The notes below the pieces were generated by a model. It saw only the letters and a program-made list of their open reading frames with translations, was not told the DNA's origin and searched no databases. A stretch of 64,000 nucleotides of DNA from Octopus bimaculoides (Eukaryota), in contig NC_068993.1 of assembly GCF_001194135.2 (NCBI RefSeq), positions 5,660,225-5,724,224 on the forward strand, read 5' to 3'. Shown in pieces: positions 12,302-25,789 of this stretch. Every line of letters starts with the position of its first letter. Positions within the stretch are counted from its first letter, which is position 1. Made by a program: the position numbers and the translations under genes.

Positions 12302-12754
12302 AAACGTATAGAATTATAAATACAAATCTGCAACACACATATGTATGCATAGACACACACACACACACACATATATATGCCATATATATATTATACCTAA
12401 ACACACACACACACGTCTATGTATTAAATACACACACACATATATATTATACACACACACACACATATATATATATATGAATTATGCACACACGCACACA
12501 CACGTATATACAAATAGCAAGATTTTCCTTGTTGTCACTCCCAGAATAGTATCGATTAAAGAGGTAACTTCGTGACATATTCTATGGAACTTTTCCATCG
12601 ATTAACAATGCCTTTGGTTTTCCATTGAACTTAATTGCGTTGACTTCCATCTTCCAAGCCTCACAACCTCCAGAGTTCCACCTTACAACTTCGACTTCTT
12701 CGCCATATTTCAGTAGCGAGGAGGAGGAAGAGGAGGAGGAAGGAAGGAAGTAAC

Positions 12755-12785
<31 letters not shown>

Positions 12786-13574
12786 GTGAGGTGTTTTGGT
12801 GCTTTTTTATGGTTTTATTTCTCAATTTCGTTTTTGTACCTCTTCACTCTGCTCCTCCTTATTCCCCTTCTCCGTTTGCAATTATGGCAAATTAAGATAT
12901 TAACACAGTCACCATGTTACAACTGTTTATAATGATGATGATGATGATGATGACAAGGAGGCAAAGGAGGAGTAGGAAGAGGAAATAGAGGAGGATGGTT
13001 CGCCTTCATCAACAGCGAGAACATATACGAACAGACGCACTCATATAATAGAACTACCTCGTTTTTATTAATCTCTCTCTCTCTCTNNNNNNNNNNNNNN
13101 NNNNNNNNNNNNNNNNNNNNNNNNNNNNNNNNNNNNNNNNNNNNNNNNNNNNNNNNNNNNNNNNNNNNNNNNNNNNNNNNNNNNNNNNNNNNNNNNNNNN
13201 NNNNNNNNNNNNNNNNNNNNNNNNNNNNNNNNNNNNNNNNNNNNNNNNNNNNNNNNNNNNNNNNNNNNNNNNNNNNNNNNNNNNNNNNNNNNNNNNNNNN
13301 NNNNNNNNNNNNNNNNNNNNNNNNNNNNNNNNNNNNNNNNNNNNNNNNNNNNNNNNNNNNNNNNNNNNNNNGTGTAGCTGATTATAAATAATACACATGC
13401 TCACACACAAGGGATCGTGAAACTTTTGCAAAAACAAAAACAAAAAATATCAACACTAAGGCTTCAAGAGAGTGCCTCAGCATGACCGCAGTCAAATGAC
13501 TGAAACAAGTCAAAGCTAAAAAAAAATAAAATAAAAAATATAGCTAAAATATTATAAATACTTTTTTTTAAATA

Positions 13575-13797
13575 CAGTAATCCCTCGAATATCGCAGGTG
13601 TTACGTTCCCAAAATCCCCGCGATAGGTGAAAATACGCGAAGTAGGAACAGTGCTGTGCCGTATATTTTTAAAAATCATTTTTATAATTTGTATATATTT
13701 ATTTTATTATAAATGCAACACAACATCACGGAGGAATCGACGTAAGCATAAATAATAAACCGCGATCGGTGAAGCGCGATATGGCAAGGGATTAATG
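13575..13797. mobile_element. Complete Tigger/pogo-like MITE with TA TSD
   Basis: Left end TA-CAGTAATCCCTCGAATATCGC; right end GCGATATGGCAAGGGATTAATG-TA (reverse complement CATTAATCCCTTGCCATATCGC). Confidence 0.8.
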
Positions 13798-14480
13798 TAC
13801 ATTTCTAGATTTCATGCAAAAAAGGGGCGAGAATATTTTGATTTTTGTCAAGTACATCGCGAATAAAATCCTCTTATGAACCGTTAAACAGCCAAGCAGC
13901 GTTCACTGCTTGGCAGTTCATAAATAATGATTTTTAAGGATTGGAACAATGCCATGATATGTTTTCACTTTTGTTTTTTCGAGAAAGGGACACAGGTGAT
14001 TAAACAGAGTCAGGTTCTCTTGAGTGGGTCCTATTTTATCGATCCAAGAACGATGGAAGGTAGAAAGCTGATTATGAATAACGATTTCTATTGGCTAGAC
14101 ACCTGGCTTAATTGGTTTAATCTAAATATGCGGTCGACCGTATCGACGTTGCTGAAGAGGTGATCGACCTCCTGATGGGACTTTGACTCAGGAAATTAAG
14201 GAGGAGACGAATCGAGAAATAGTTGGACATTTATTGGGTTACTCTGTAAGTATAGCCACCAAAAAAAAAAACACACACATCTCTTCTCCCTCATATATAT
14301 GTATGTATGTACCCCTCCGTTTGTCTTTCATATATATATATATGTGTGTGTGTATGACACTCAATTGCGAGATTGCCACGCAATGACTAGCACTTGGGTA
14401 TGAATAACTGGGGACTCTACCAGCAGTATATTGGATAGATACTATCCCTTAGTTGGTTTCTCAACCTCTAACTCAAACGG

Positions 14481-14520
<40 letters not shown>

Positions 14521-14909
14521 AAAAAATGCTAGTTCTAAAATGTCTTTAAGAGATCAACGCAGTAGTTGTACTAATAAGTAATGTTCGTAGACACTTCAAC
14601 ATGGCTGTCTGTTCGNNNNNNNNNNNNNNNNNNNNNNNNNNNNNNNNNNNNNNNNNNNNNNNNNNNNNNNNNNNNNNNNNNNNNNNNNNNNNNNNNNNNN
14701 NNNNNNNNNNNNNNNNNNNNNNNNNNNNNNNNNNNNNNNNNNNNNNNNNNNNNNNNNNNNNNNNNNNNNNNNNNNNNNNNNNNNNNNNATATATAATTCT
14801 TTAAGGTGATTGTTTCAGTTAGTGGAATAGTTTCATTTTTAAAGTGAAAGTATTTGACATGAGTGTTTTTGTTTCACTTTTGACAAGTAATACTTAAATA
14901 GTATGTATG

Positions 14910-14955
<46 letters not shown>

Positions 14956-16224
14956 GTATATAGAAGGTTGAAAATTTTTTGCATTTCCTACCTTGACTTT
15001 TTTCCATATATATATGTATATATATGTATGTATATGTACATAATATGATTCAAGGTGAATATGGTACTTAAATTTAGGCACCAGAATTAAGTATGGTATT
15101 ATCCAAACAATTCCAAAATAAGGTGATTAAAGTCATATTTTGACTTTATATGTACATTATATGTATATATATATATATATATGTATATCTATCTGTCTAT
15201 GTATGTATGTTTTTATGTATGTATATCAGCGCGCACAGGTACACAACACACTCACACTGCAGTTGAAAATTCGCCATCATAGAGTACACCTCACTCTAAA
15301 CATTACTTTCTTTTGAACCATAAACGGAAGAGACGACGCGCGGCCTACATTAATATATACCTCCACCTCCGACCCTCATCTCACTCCCCTCCCGCTCTCT
15401 TTTATTCAGGCCAAAGTGCAGTTCTTTAAAACAGCCACTGTTAGAGGTTGGCTTTTGTGCAGTAGATTTGCAGTAGTGCACAGAGTTAAGTAGGTTTGTA
15501 GGTAGACGAGGGTCTCTTTGATACGTAGCCATCGCGGTATTGCTTTGGAGACGGATGTGGCATAGCAGTTAAGTGTGTGCTGGTGGTGTGTCGGTGTCGG
15601 CGCATGTCTTGGCATGTGTGTGTGTGTGTATGTGTGCGCGCGTATGTGTGTGTGTGTGTTGTATGAATGTGTCTGTCGTGTTCGTGTACGTGTGTGTCTG
15701 TGTGTGTTGGTGTATGTATGTGTCTGTCTTGTACGTGTGTGTCTGTGTGTGTGTGAGCATGTATTACTGTGCATATGTTTGTGTGAATGATTGTGTATAT
15801 GTATATGTGCATGCGTGTGGCTATATACGTACGAAACGTGCGGGAATGCGCTCGCGCGCGCGCGTGTGTGTGCATGTATGTATTGGTATGAAAGTATATG
15901 AATGTGCTTGTGTGTATTTTTGCATGCGTGTGAGTATATGCGTACGGATAGAAGAATGTATAAGTGTATGTATGTGCATATATGAGTATGTTTGCGTATA
16001 AAGGTAAAAATCAGGTATGTGTACATGTGTAAGAATATATGTACGTAAGTACTTGTAAGGATCTATGAATGTACGTATGTATATATGTATGTATGTATAT
16101 CTATCTATCTGTGTGTGTGTGTGTACGTGGATGCGTGCGGGTGGCTTTCGTACGTGTATTTTGGGGTATGTGAGTGTGTCTATACCCGAATGCATTTGTG
16201 CTTGTGTGTGCATGGCATTTGTAG

Positions 16225-16225
<1 letters not shown>

Positions 16226-16301
<76 letters not shown>
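16226..16301. repeat. (TG)n microsatellite inside a degenerate TG/TA tract (about 15570-16330)
   Basis: Direct reading. It explains the VCVC and THTH ORFs. Confidence 0.95.
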
Positions 16302-16305
<4 letters not shown>

Positions 16306-16995
16306 CACATGTATGCGTGCAAGGTGCGACTTCTATAGCTACAAAGATACATATACGCACGGCTCACGTGCACGGTGCGTCAACGAGTGCGTGGATGCAA
16401 AGCTTGCACTTAAATACGAACCCATATCTTTCTTGTGTGCGTATCAGTCCACACGTAACGAGGATCTCTAACCGGAAATACACACACACACACACACACA
16501 CACACATTACTTGCAGGTGAGCTAGCGTGTGTGCAAAGAGAACTAGCGTGTGCCACGTGGAGTAGAGGGGAGAGTGATAGATTGATAGAGAAAGGGATGT
16601 GAGAGAAGGAGGGAGAGAGAGAGGGGGGCGGGGAGAAAGCTGTACGACAACGTTTCTAAATTCGGGATGGGTGGCTGGGTGAGACGCAGGTAGAGGAACG
16701 ACTGCTGTTAAGGAGAAATCATCTCCATCATAGCAGCGTCTTATGATGACATCCGGCTGGGGACTAAAAAGATGAAATTGAAGTGGATGGAACTGGAAGT
16801 GGCAGGNNNNNNNNNNNNNNNNNNNNNNNNNNNNNNNNNNNNNNNNNNNNNNNNNNNNNNNNNNNNNNNNNNNNNNNNNNNNNNNNNNNNGGGACCAGTC
16901 GAGGGTTCTTCTTCGTGTTTTTGTTTTCTCGGAGGGGAAAATATTTTCGTTTGATGATTTATTTTTCTTCCATCACCTCCACACCCACCTATCTC

Positions 16996-17034
<39 letters not shown>

Positions 17035-17589
17035 GCTCTATTGAACGCTTATAATTGTGAGAAGGACCAGTTCGATTGGTACAAGCGTACACTAGAGAAT
17101 TCTTCCCCACCCTGACACAAATACACTCACACGGGTTCGCATGTGTAAACCTGTGAGCGACATCTATGAATACACGCACGAACTCACCTTTCGTTCGATT
17201 TTTCCCCCCAGTCAGAGTGAGTCACACAATTTGGGTTGTATGACATCCACCTCGTATACAGATTGAAAAAGATGGACAGTTATGGCGTATTATGGTAGTG
17301 TGTTTATATTCCACTGTATTCCTCCTGTTGGCCACAGTTCTGATGTTTTAATATTGCAGCAGAAGGCAGCGAGCTGGCAGAAACGTTAGCACGCCAGGCA
17401 TACACGTATACATTTTTGTGCGCGCGCATGACTATACCTATTGATAAATTCACGAATGCATACAGTTATGTTGAATAATAAATTATAAAACGAACCGACT
17501 AAAAAGCTAAAAACGTGCAAATTGAAATAAGGCGACGCTAAACCATCAACCAACCATATTTTACCCTTCTTTCTGCTCTTTTATTTTAG

Positions 17590-17706
17590 ATAGGACGACA
17601 TCACACACACACCTTAACTACGAAGGAAGGACAATAATGATGTCCCTTTACAGAATTTTGAGAATGATGGGTGGTGATGGTGCTGCTGCTGCTGGTGTTG
17701 GCGGGG
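17590..17706 (+). CDS. Candidate internal exon, unknown product (unverified)
   Basis: Acceptor CCCTTCTTTCTGCTCTTTTATTTTAG| and donor GGG|GTAAGT. 117 nt, open in phase 1-1: RTTSHTHLNYEGRTIMMSLYRILRMMGGDGAAAAGVGG. No homology recognised. Confidence 0.2.
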
Positions 17707-19249
17707 GTAAGTACCATAAAGCCGAAAATCTGTCTGGAATGTTTGCAAGAGAACGGAACACGTTTAAAGCCACCCAGGGACAAGTTTATCACCGATCTAG
17801 GCCACGATAGGGTTTGAACTAAGAAAGCAAAGGGCCAGATATTTTGCCCCTTACAGATCCCCTTTTCAGAATAAAATAAAATAAAAGCAGGTCGTAACCT
17901 TTGTTCCGGTTTACTGCTAAACAGTCAACTCGACCCCATGATGGAGTTGTTGTGTGATTGCTTTACCTGCTGTTAGCCAAGTTGTACAGAAGAGAAGCCA
18001 GGTTGGTCACGACCTAGAACGCCTTTGATTAAATACTAACTCGATCATGGCTGACATAGGCTGGAGCTTTAAACAATAGACCAGAACCACCACTTTAGTA
18101 AAGAGATCCTTAAACTTTACAAGAAAGATATAAGGTATTATAAGAAGGAGATTTTTACAAAGTAGACAAGAATGTGTGTGCGTGCTAATGTGTATATATA
18201 TGTGTGTATATATGTGGTTATGTGTATGTGAATGCATTTGTATGTAAATGTGTGTGTGTATGTGTGTGCGTATACATATCACTGCTGATTGTTCCTGTCA
18301 ATGGGTATTGTATTGTCTTTTTGTCTTTATTGTTCTCCTCTAAAGGTGACATTTCTTGACAACAATGAAGAGTTGAAGTTTCGAGTTAATATGATATTCC
18401 GTGAACTTTATACTTTTCTTTTTCACGTAAACGTTTAGATTGCAAACTACGCAAGCCATTTTTTTTACTAGACGAGATCAACTCCACCTCTAAACAACAA
18501 CAACAAAAGAATCTATTCAGGTACAATCAAGATAAGATATTATCAAATACAGGTATGTTGAATACCTTACAACATAACACTGTCACCACCTGTAAAGAAT
18601 GTGTCATAATTACCAAATGGCAATCAAGACCAGCTCTATTTGACAAGGGGAAATAATCTTAAAACGCGAGAGTTCTAAGTTGACGTACCACTAAGGAAAA
18701 GGATAAGTTTATAGTCGGGATTAAGAGGCCGAACGTAGAAATGTATTTCTGGCTGAAAAGTCGTGATCAGCACAACAACTTACCTCTCGTAGCCAAGGAA
18801 CTTAGAGTTTATACAAAAAGGAGTAGAAAACATTTATGGCCCAAGTAATTTGCATAATTTAAACAAAAATGAGCTGAGAAAAATAACTCAGAGAAGGATT
18901 CATTTATGGCAGGAAAATTTGGTGACAGTCAAAAAGCATGAAACATAAACCAGAGTAACAGTAACTATGTTTAAACCTAGCACGGACTCTATCTCTCTCT
19001 CTCTCTCTCTCTCGCTATAACCATAATTGCTTCTTTGTGTAGCTGCTTGTTTACTGATGGTCTAAGTACATGATTTAATAGCATTAAAATATAAATAATG
19101 TGTTAGCTCATTAATAGATAATATACACAGAGATAATACAAATACATAAACATCCGGAGACATATACGAACGTCTATTGATTGGAGAGACGCAAATTGCT
19201 GCTTATGAAGGACGGTTATGAACTAAGAGCTTCCCGACAGGGACCTAAT

Positions 19250-19420
19250 AATCGTGTGTATATGTGTGTGTGTAGTCTTTGACTGTGTCCGGGGCAGAAA
19301 ACTTTATGCCACATTACCTCTGTTCTACTTAGAATTAAAATTGAGAAATAAATACCAGACCACTTGAGAATACCTGCGATGGACTAGCGTACTATCCAGA
19401 TGTTTTATCTCTTCGCTTTT
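19250..19420 (+). mobile_element. Old SINE relic carrying a conserved V/Deu-type core
   Basis: AACTTTATGCCACATTACCTCTGTTCTACTTAG...TACCAG...CCTGCGATGGACTAGCGTACTATCCAG resembles the CCTGCGATGGACT(A/G)GCGTCCC(A/G)TCCAGG block of widespread metazoan SINE cores, recalled from memory. Confidence 0.45.
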
Positions 19421-20562
19421 AGGACATGAAACTGTCCTTAAAACTATATTTGGACTGCGTCAACGAGGCAGCCTCTACGTGATCTTTGGATCTGCCCGAA
19501 ATAGAAACCAAATATTCATATGTAATGCCCAGAGAAATATGACAAATGTAGATTTGAATATAATGAGTCTAACTGGAGAAAAATGGGATAGTCGCAGCCG
19601 GAGTGCCTTTAATCAGCTGGTTGAAAATTGACCGGCTTAAACAAATCCTCTGGCATTTCACACATATGCATGCATATATACAAACAACATATACAGACAT
19701 AAACACGCACGCACGCACACACACATACATATATATACATATATGTACATACATATTTATATTTCTCAACGAATATTCACATTAATCCTTATCTTCATTT
19801 CGTTTACCAGTTGGCAATGTGACCAATGACTCGATCGACAATCTATGTCCAGAAGATTAACTACAACAGCAACAACAAAAACAATAACAGAAGCAGCAGT
19901 CGCACCAGCGCCCACGACCAAATTTAGAGCGACGCTCAATTACATTAGCAATGTCAACTAGAATTCATAAAATAAACTTGTTTCACTTTCTCTTTTCATC
20001 TACAGAAATCGATGGAACTAGAAACTACAGTACAACAGGTGTACTAGATTCTCTTCCTTATCGATTTATTCGACACACTTATAAATAACAATACAAAACA
20101 AAAAAAAATACATACGAACAAAATACAAAACGCAACCTCCTTCTCCATAATAATTAGTCGTGTTTTTAGAGCAATTTCCTACTGCACCCCACCCCCATCC
20201 AGTATATATATATATATATATGGTAGATTCCGATCTGGTAATCTTGATTATGAAAGAACTCGATGATGACTGCAAAATAATTTATAAATGGGTTCATTCA
20301 TATTTTTACAATATGGCTACTGTTTCAGTTAAGCGAATATCTGCTAAGCTTCGTAANNNNNNNNNNNNNNNNNNNNNNNNNNNNNNNNNNNNNNNNNNNN
20401 NNNNNNNNNNNNNNNNNNNNNNNNNNNNNNNNNNNNNNNNNNNNNNNNNNNNNNNNNNNNNNNNNNNNNNNNNNNNNNNNNNNNNNNNNNNNNNNNNNNN
20501 NNNNNNNNNNNNNNNNNNNNNNNNNNNNNNNNNNNNNNNNNNNNNNNNNNNNNNNNNATATA

Positions 20563-20711
20563 GGCATGGCTGTGAGTTTAAAAAGATAGTTTTGCAATCA
20601 CTTGGTTTCGGTGTTTCAGTCCCACTGCGCGTCACATTGGGCGGGTGTCAGCTAGTATTGCACCGGACTGACAAATTCCTTGTGAGAGAATTTGGTAGAT
20701 AGAAACTCTGA
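20563..20711 (+). mobile_element. SINE family B, 5' portion
   Basis: TTTCAGTCCCACTGCGCGTCACATTGGGC...CCTTGTGAGAGAATTTGGTAGATAGAAACT matches the family B head. Confidence 0.7.
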
Positions 20712-20716
20712 GGACC

Positions 20717-20885
20717 ATCATCATCATCATTATCGTCATCATCATTTAACGTCTGTTTTCTATGCTGACATGGGTTAGACGGTTTGACTGGGGACTGGCA
20801 AGCCAGGAGCCGCACCAGGCTCCAATCTAATCTGGCAGTGTTTCTACAGCTGGATGCCCTTCCTAACGCCAACCACTCCGAGAGT
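20717..20885 (-). mobile_element. RTE-type LINE/SINE 3' end with (GAT)n tail
   Basis: Plus strand (CAT)n-TTTAACGTCTGTTTTCTATGCTGACATGGGTTAGACGG...GGATGCCCTTCCTAACGCCAACCAC is the reverse of a typical RTE-clade 3' terminus. Confidence 0.65.
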
Positions 20886-21334
20886 AGGAATCTCTCCACA
20901 CAAAAATTCATATGTGCACTGGCAACACACACACACACACACGCATAGACCTACATCCCCATCACCACCAAAACAAAAAAGCAGACGAAATATAACTGAG
21001 CCAGTGGCATAAAACGAAGTCGAACAGACTCTGTTGGACAATGATGAGAAAGAACGACTCGAAGCAATGTATTGTTTCAAGGCTACAGTCCAACCGCTGA
21101 CAAGATGAAGCCATCATATTGCTTCACCTCTTCCCGCCCCCACCACAGGCCGGTTGTTGGCGGTAGCGGCGGAGGCATTAGGTGTAGGCAGAGGTGAAAC
21201 AAGAGATGATGGCTCAATTAGCTGACAACACTTATCTCTCAAATCAATCAACTTTTCAGCTACTCTGTTACTATAGCAACTCAGGTGGTGATGGATTGCC
21301 TGTGGGTGGGAGGTTGCATTGGATGAAATCCGTT

Positions 21335-21585
21335 GTTGGATTGGCAGAATCGATAGAGCACCAGCAAATAATGTATTGTGGCATTCAGTTACTGCTCTGT
21401 ATGTTCTGAGCTCAAATCCCGTCCAGGTGGACTATGACTTTCATCCTTATGGTATCGATAAAGTAAAGTACTGGTCGATGTACTTGACTACCCCCACCCA
21501 AAACAGAAACACATCAGACAAAAATGGCCGATTGGAAAAAATCGTTAGCACATCAGACAAAATGCTTAGCAGTATTTCTTCCGGC
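21335..21585 (+). mobile_element. Degraded SINE family A copy plus a second head (21524-21585)
   Basis: TTGGCAGAATCG...GTTCTGAGCTCAAATCCC...GACTTTCATCC..TCGATAAA, then AAAATCGTTAGCACATCAGACAAAATGCTTAGCAGTATTTC. Confidence 0.7.
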
Positions 21586-22065
21586 TTTTTCTAAACTTTT
21601 TTTTATCGCTACGTATGATTTTTGGACGTGCGACAAAAATGTCCCAACAGTCTTCTAATGAATAAATACTTGGGACTATCCCATCCCAACAGTATTTCAC
21701 ATGCACGATGAGCAAATTCGGAAAATTACGGAAATAAAGATGAAATATATCTTAGTTTATTCCTAACGCAAAATGAAGCTATAATTGCTTTCTCATATAA
21801 TATTTATTATAAATTACAATTATTTTTTCGAATAACACTTATAAAATAGTATATATAATAACTCCTTCCAAATTATACCTATGAAATGATAAATAAACTT
21901 CTTTCCTCATATAATGATTATGTAATTATATAGTTTTTTCTCTTATGATATAAATATTTACAATATTTACATATGATACACATATTTACTTATGATTTAC
22001 AATATTTACATATTTACAATATGTAAATAATATTTACAAGAAAAACCATGATTTATAAATACATG

Positions 22066-22347
22066 CTATGTGTGATTTACTGTAAAACATTTATCAACGC
22101 ATAACGGAATGTTGCATTTTCTGTAAATGTATTGAGTCCTCCTTTCTTTGTTCCTCGAAGTACATCTAGTACATCTTCTGCGACTCTTTTGTTTTACTGG
22201 CATATGATCACCTACACTCGAAATCAACTTTGAAGTCTTAGAAAGCCGTCCGAAAGATCTCATTCTTTTTTTTTTAATAATTAATCCAGTATTATCATTT
22301 TGATTATGGCAAATAATCTGTCCAAAGTCAGGCTTAAACGCTGCCAT
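22066..22347 (-). mobile_element. piggyBac (PGBD-type) transposase C-terminal Cys-rich domain relic
   Basis: HMPVKQKSRRRCTRCTSRNKERRTQYIYRKCNIPLCVDKCFTVNHT matches the piggyBac pattern H.P......RRC..C......T.Y.C..C..PLC...CF..YH, with one Cys changed to Tyr. The DDD core is absent. The AT-rich 3' flank runs to a possible terminus near 21600. Confidence 0.88.
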
Positions 22348-22743
22348 CTGCTAGACTGTATGTATGTTAAAGTTGTATTATATTTTCAAATTTCTAGTTT
22401 CTTAAAGATATTTTTAAAGACAAGTAAGTATATATATTATACATGTATGATATATATATATGTGTAATATATAATATGTATTATGCATACATACATTTTA
22501 TAGATATAAATCACATGTATATATATATGTATGTATGTATGTATGTATATATATATATATGTATGTATATATGTATGTATATATATATGTATATATATGT
22601 ATATGTATATACATAAATGTATATATATATATATAGATATATATTTATGTGTGTATATATGTGTGTATGTGCATATATATCTTATGATAAATGTTTGTCT
22701 GCCTATCTTTGTGTGTGTGAAAGCGTATGTGATATATACATAC

Positions 22744-22800
<57 letters not shown>

Positions 22801-24173
22801 AAGAGTGAGAGAGAGATAGAGAGAGAAAGGGGCCGGTGTTAAAGAGATAAAGGGCGGTGCCTTTAGTTCTACAAGTTGTTTCTGAACAAAAAGACATCAT
22901 TTTTCAGAAAGTTTCACTCGGTTTGCGATATTTAAAGGAGACATGAAAAGCGAATGAGGCATAGGGATACCCGTATGTGGCTGTGTGGGTGGATGGGTGG
23001 GTGTAGAGGTATAGGCGTATTCAGATTTGTAAGTTATAACCCCAAAAATGTGGAGAGAAATGGAAGAGCGTTGTTTGAGTGTAAAACTATAACGTAGACT
23101 TATTGTTGCTAATCCTCTCACAGTTGAAGGAGTTTGTATGATACGTGTGAAGAGATATGTGTACGGGTGAATACACACGCATACACACACACACACGCGC
23201 GCATAAAGGCATTCATCTACACGGTAACAGACGCGTACACGTATACAAAGATAGAAAGAAAGCGATGGAGAGTAAAATGGCTGAGCTGGTATGTATATAT
23301 GTATGTACATTTAAATACATACATAGGTGTGTGAATATATATACATATAAGATGCATTTGTGCCTGTGAGTATGTAAGTATACAAATAGTGTTTGTATGC
23401 ATATATATNNNNNNNNNNNNNNNNNNNNNNNNNNNNNNNNNNNNNNNNNNNNNNNNNNNNNNNNNNNNNNNNNNNNNNNNNNNNNNNNNNNNNNNNNNNN
23501 NNNNNNNNNNNNNNNNNNNNNNNNNNNNNNNNNNNNNNNNNNNNNNNNNNNNNNNNNNNNNNNNNNNNNNNNNNNNNNNNNNNNNNNNNNNNNNNNNNNN
23601 NNNNNNNNNNNNNNNNNNNNNNNNNNNNNNNNNNNNNNNNNNNNNNNNNNNNNNNNNNNNNNNNNNNNNNNNNNNNNNNNNNNNNNNNNNNNNNNNNNNN
23701 NNNNNNNNNNNNNNNNNNNNNNNNNNNNNNNNNNNNNNNNNNNNNNNNNNNNNNNNNNNNNNNNNNNNNNNNNNNNNNNNNNNNNNNNNNNNNNNNNNNN
23801 NNNNNNNNNNNNNNNNNNNNNNNNNNNNNNNNNNNNNNNNNNNNNNNNNNNNNNNNNNNNNNNNNNNNNNNNNNNNNNNNNNNNNNNNNNNNNNNNNNNN
23901 NNNNNNNNNNNNNNNNNNNNNNNNNNNNNNNNNNNNNNNNNNNNNNNNNNNNNNNNNNNNNNNNNNNNNNNNNNNNNNNNNNNNNNNNNNNNNNNNNNNN
24001 NNNNNNNNNNNNNNNNNNNNNNNNNNNNNNNNNNNNNNNNNNNNNNNNNNNNNNNNNNNNNNNNNNNNNNNNNNNNNNNNNNNNNNNNNNNNNNNNNNNN
24101 NNNNNNNNNNNNNNNNNNNNNNNNNNNNNNNNNNNNNNNNNNNNNNNNNNNNNNNNNNNNNNNNNNNNNNNNN

Positions 24174-24211
<38 letters not shown>

Positions 24212-25756
24212 TATATGAATAAATAAATACTTGTGGAAACATTATCAAAACCATATATATCTTTTTACCCTTTGTAAAAGTTTCAATGGCGAGTTTTAAC
24301 GCTTCATTTAGATCGGCAATAACACCCATATTTCGAGTTAGCTGGACATAGTCAATTTACTTTGAAAAGACGCGCTGTATGGTTATAAATGAGACGTAGA
24401 GGGAACGCTACATAGAAAGACAGTTACTGAGTATGTTTAGAATTTTCTTAATAAGCGCTGGATATTCATAAGATAATTAACGAGAGAAAAGCCCCACTAT
24501 CTTAATTATACCAGTTATTTTAATGTTGTCGCTATTGTTCTTGTTGTGGCATAAGTTTATCTTGGTAAAGGAAAACTTTATGCTGAAAGGTATTTCAAAT
24601 GTGACCATCGCATTGTTTTGTATAACGTGGACTGCACTGTCCAACGTGTCCATTTTTTTGGTCTATTTTTAAAAGGAGAGCATATTTGCGAAAGATTTCG
24701 TGGCTATTTCGTGCAGATCGTGTAGCTAGGAGGTTTTTTGTTGCAATATCAGCAACAGCGTTTGTGCACGCGTGCGTATGCACCTGTGTGTGTGTGTGTG
24801 TAGGCCCGTGGCTCAGTGGTTAGGGTGTTGCACACATGAAGCAAATGGCGATTTTATTGAATAAATTTACTCTTTAGTAATTCAAGTTGTTTTTATGCAA
24901 TTTTGCTAAATATATCTTTTAAAATGAGATGCCAATGGTATTTTCATTTTTGCATTATTTANNNNNNNNNNNNNNNNNNNNNNNNNNNNNNNNNNNNNNN
25001 NNNNNNNNNNNNNNNNNNNNNNNNNNNNNNNNNNNNNNNNNNNNNNNNNNNNNNNNNNNNNNNNNNNNNNNNNNNNNNNNNNNNNNNNNNNNNNNNNNNN
25101 NNNNNNNNNNNNNNNNNNNNNNNNNNNNNNNNNNNNNNNNNNNNNNNNNNNNNNNNNNNNNNNNNNNNNNNNNNNNNNNNNNNNNNNNNNNNNNNNNNNN
25201 NNNNNNNNNNNNNNNNNNNNNNNNNNNNNNNNNNNNNNNNNNNNNNNNNNNNNNNNNNNNNNNNNNNNNNNNNNNNNNNNNNNNNNNNNNNNNNNNNNNN
25301 NNNNNNNNNNNNNNNNNNNNNNNNNNNNNNNNNNNNNNNNNNNNNNNNNNNNNNNNNNNNNNNNNNNNNNNNNNNNNNNNNNNNNNNNNNNNNNNNNNNN
25401 NNNNNNNNNNNNNNNNNNNNNNNNNNNNNNNNNNNNNNNNNNNNNNNNNNNNNNNNNNNNNNNNNNNNNNNNNNNNNNNNNNNNNNNNNNNNNNNNNNNN
25501 NNNNNNNNNNNNNNNNNNNNNNNNNNNNNNNNNNNNNNNNNNNNNNNNNNNNNNNNNNNNNNNNNNNNNNNNNNNNNNNNNNNNNNNNNNNNNNNNNNNN
25601 NNNNNNNNNNNNNNNNNNNNNNNNNNNNNNNNNNNNNNNNNNNNNNNNNNNNNNNNNNNNNNNNNNNNNNNNNNNNNNNNNNNNNNNNNNNNNNNNNNNN
25701 NNNNNNNNNNNNNNNNNNNNNNNNNNNNNNNNNNNNNNNNNNNNNNNNNNNNNNNN

Positions 25757-25789
<33 letters not shown>

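Noticed and set aside
14140-14190. CTGAAGA followed by a GAGGT/ACCTC stem (hammerhead-like start)
   Set aside because: No GAAA or helix III follows.
20160-20356. DLVILIMKELDDDCKIIYKWVHSYFYN as a possible transposase fragment
   Set aside because: Resemblance to the piggyBac core is too weak, it is on the opposite strand to the 22 kb relic, and it is cut by a gap.
24803-24850. tRNA-like A-box GGCCCGTGGCTCAGTGGTTAGGGTG
   Set aside because: No anticodon arm, T-arm or acceptor stem follows; it is a truncated family C SINE head. The same holds for the other tRNA-like heads.
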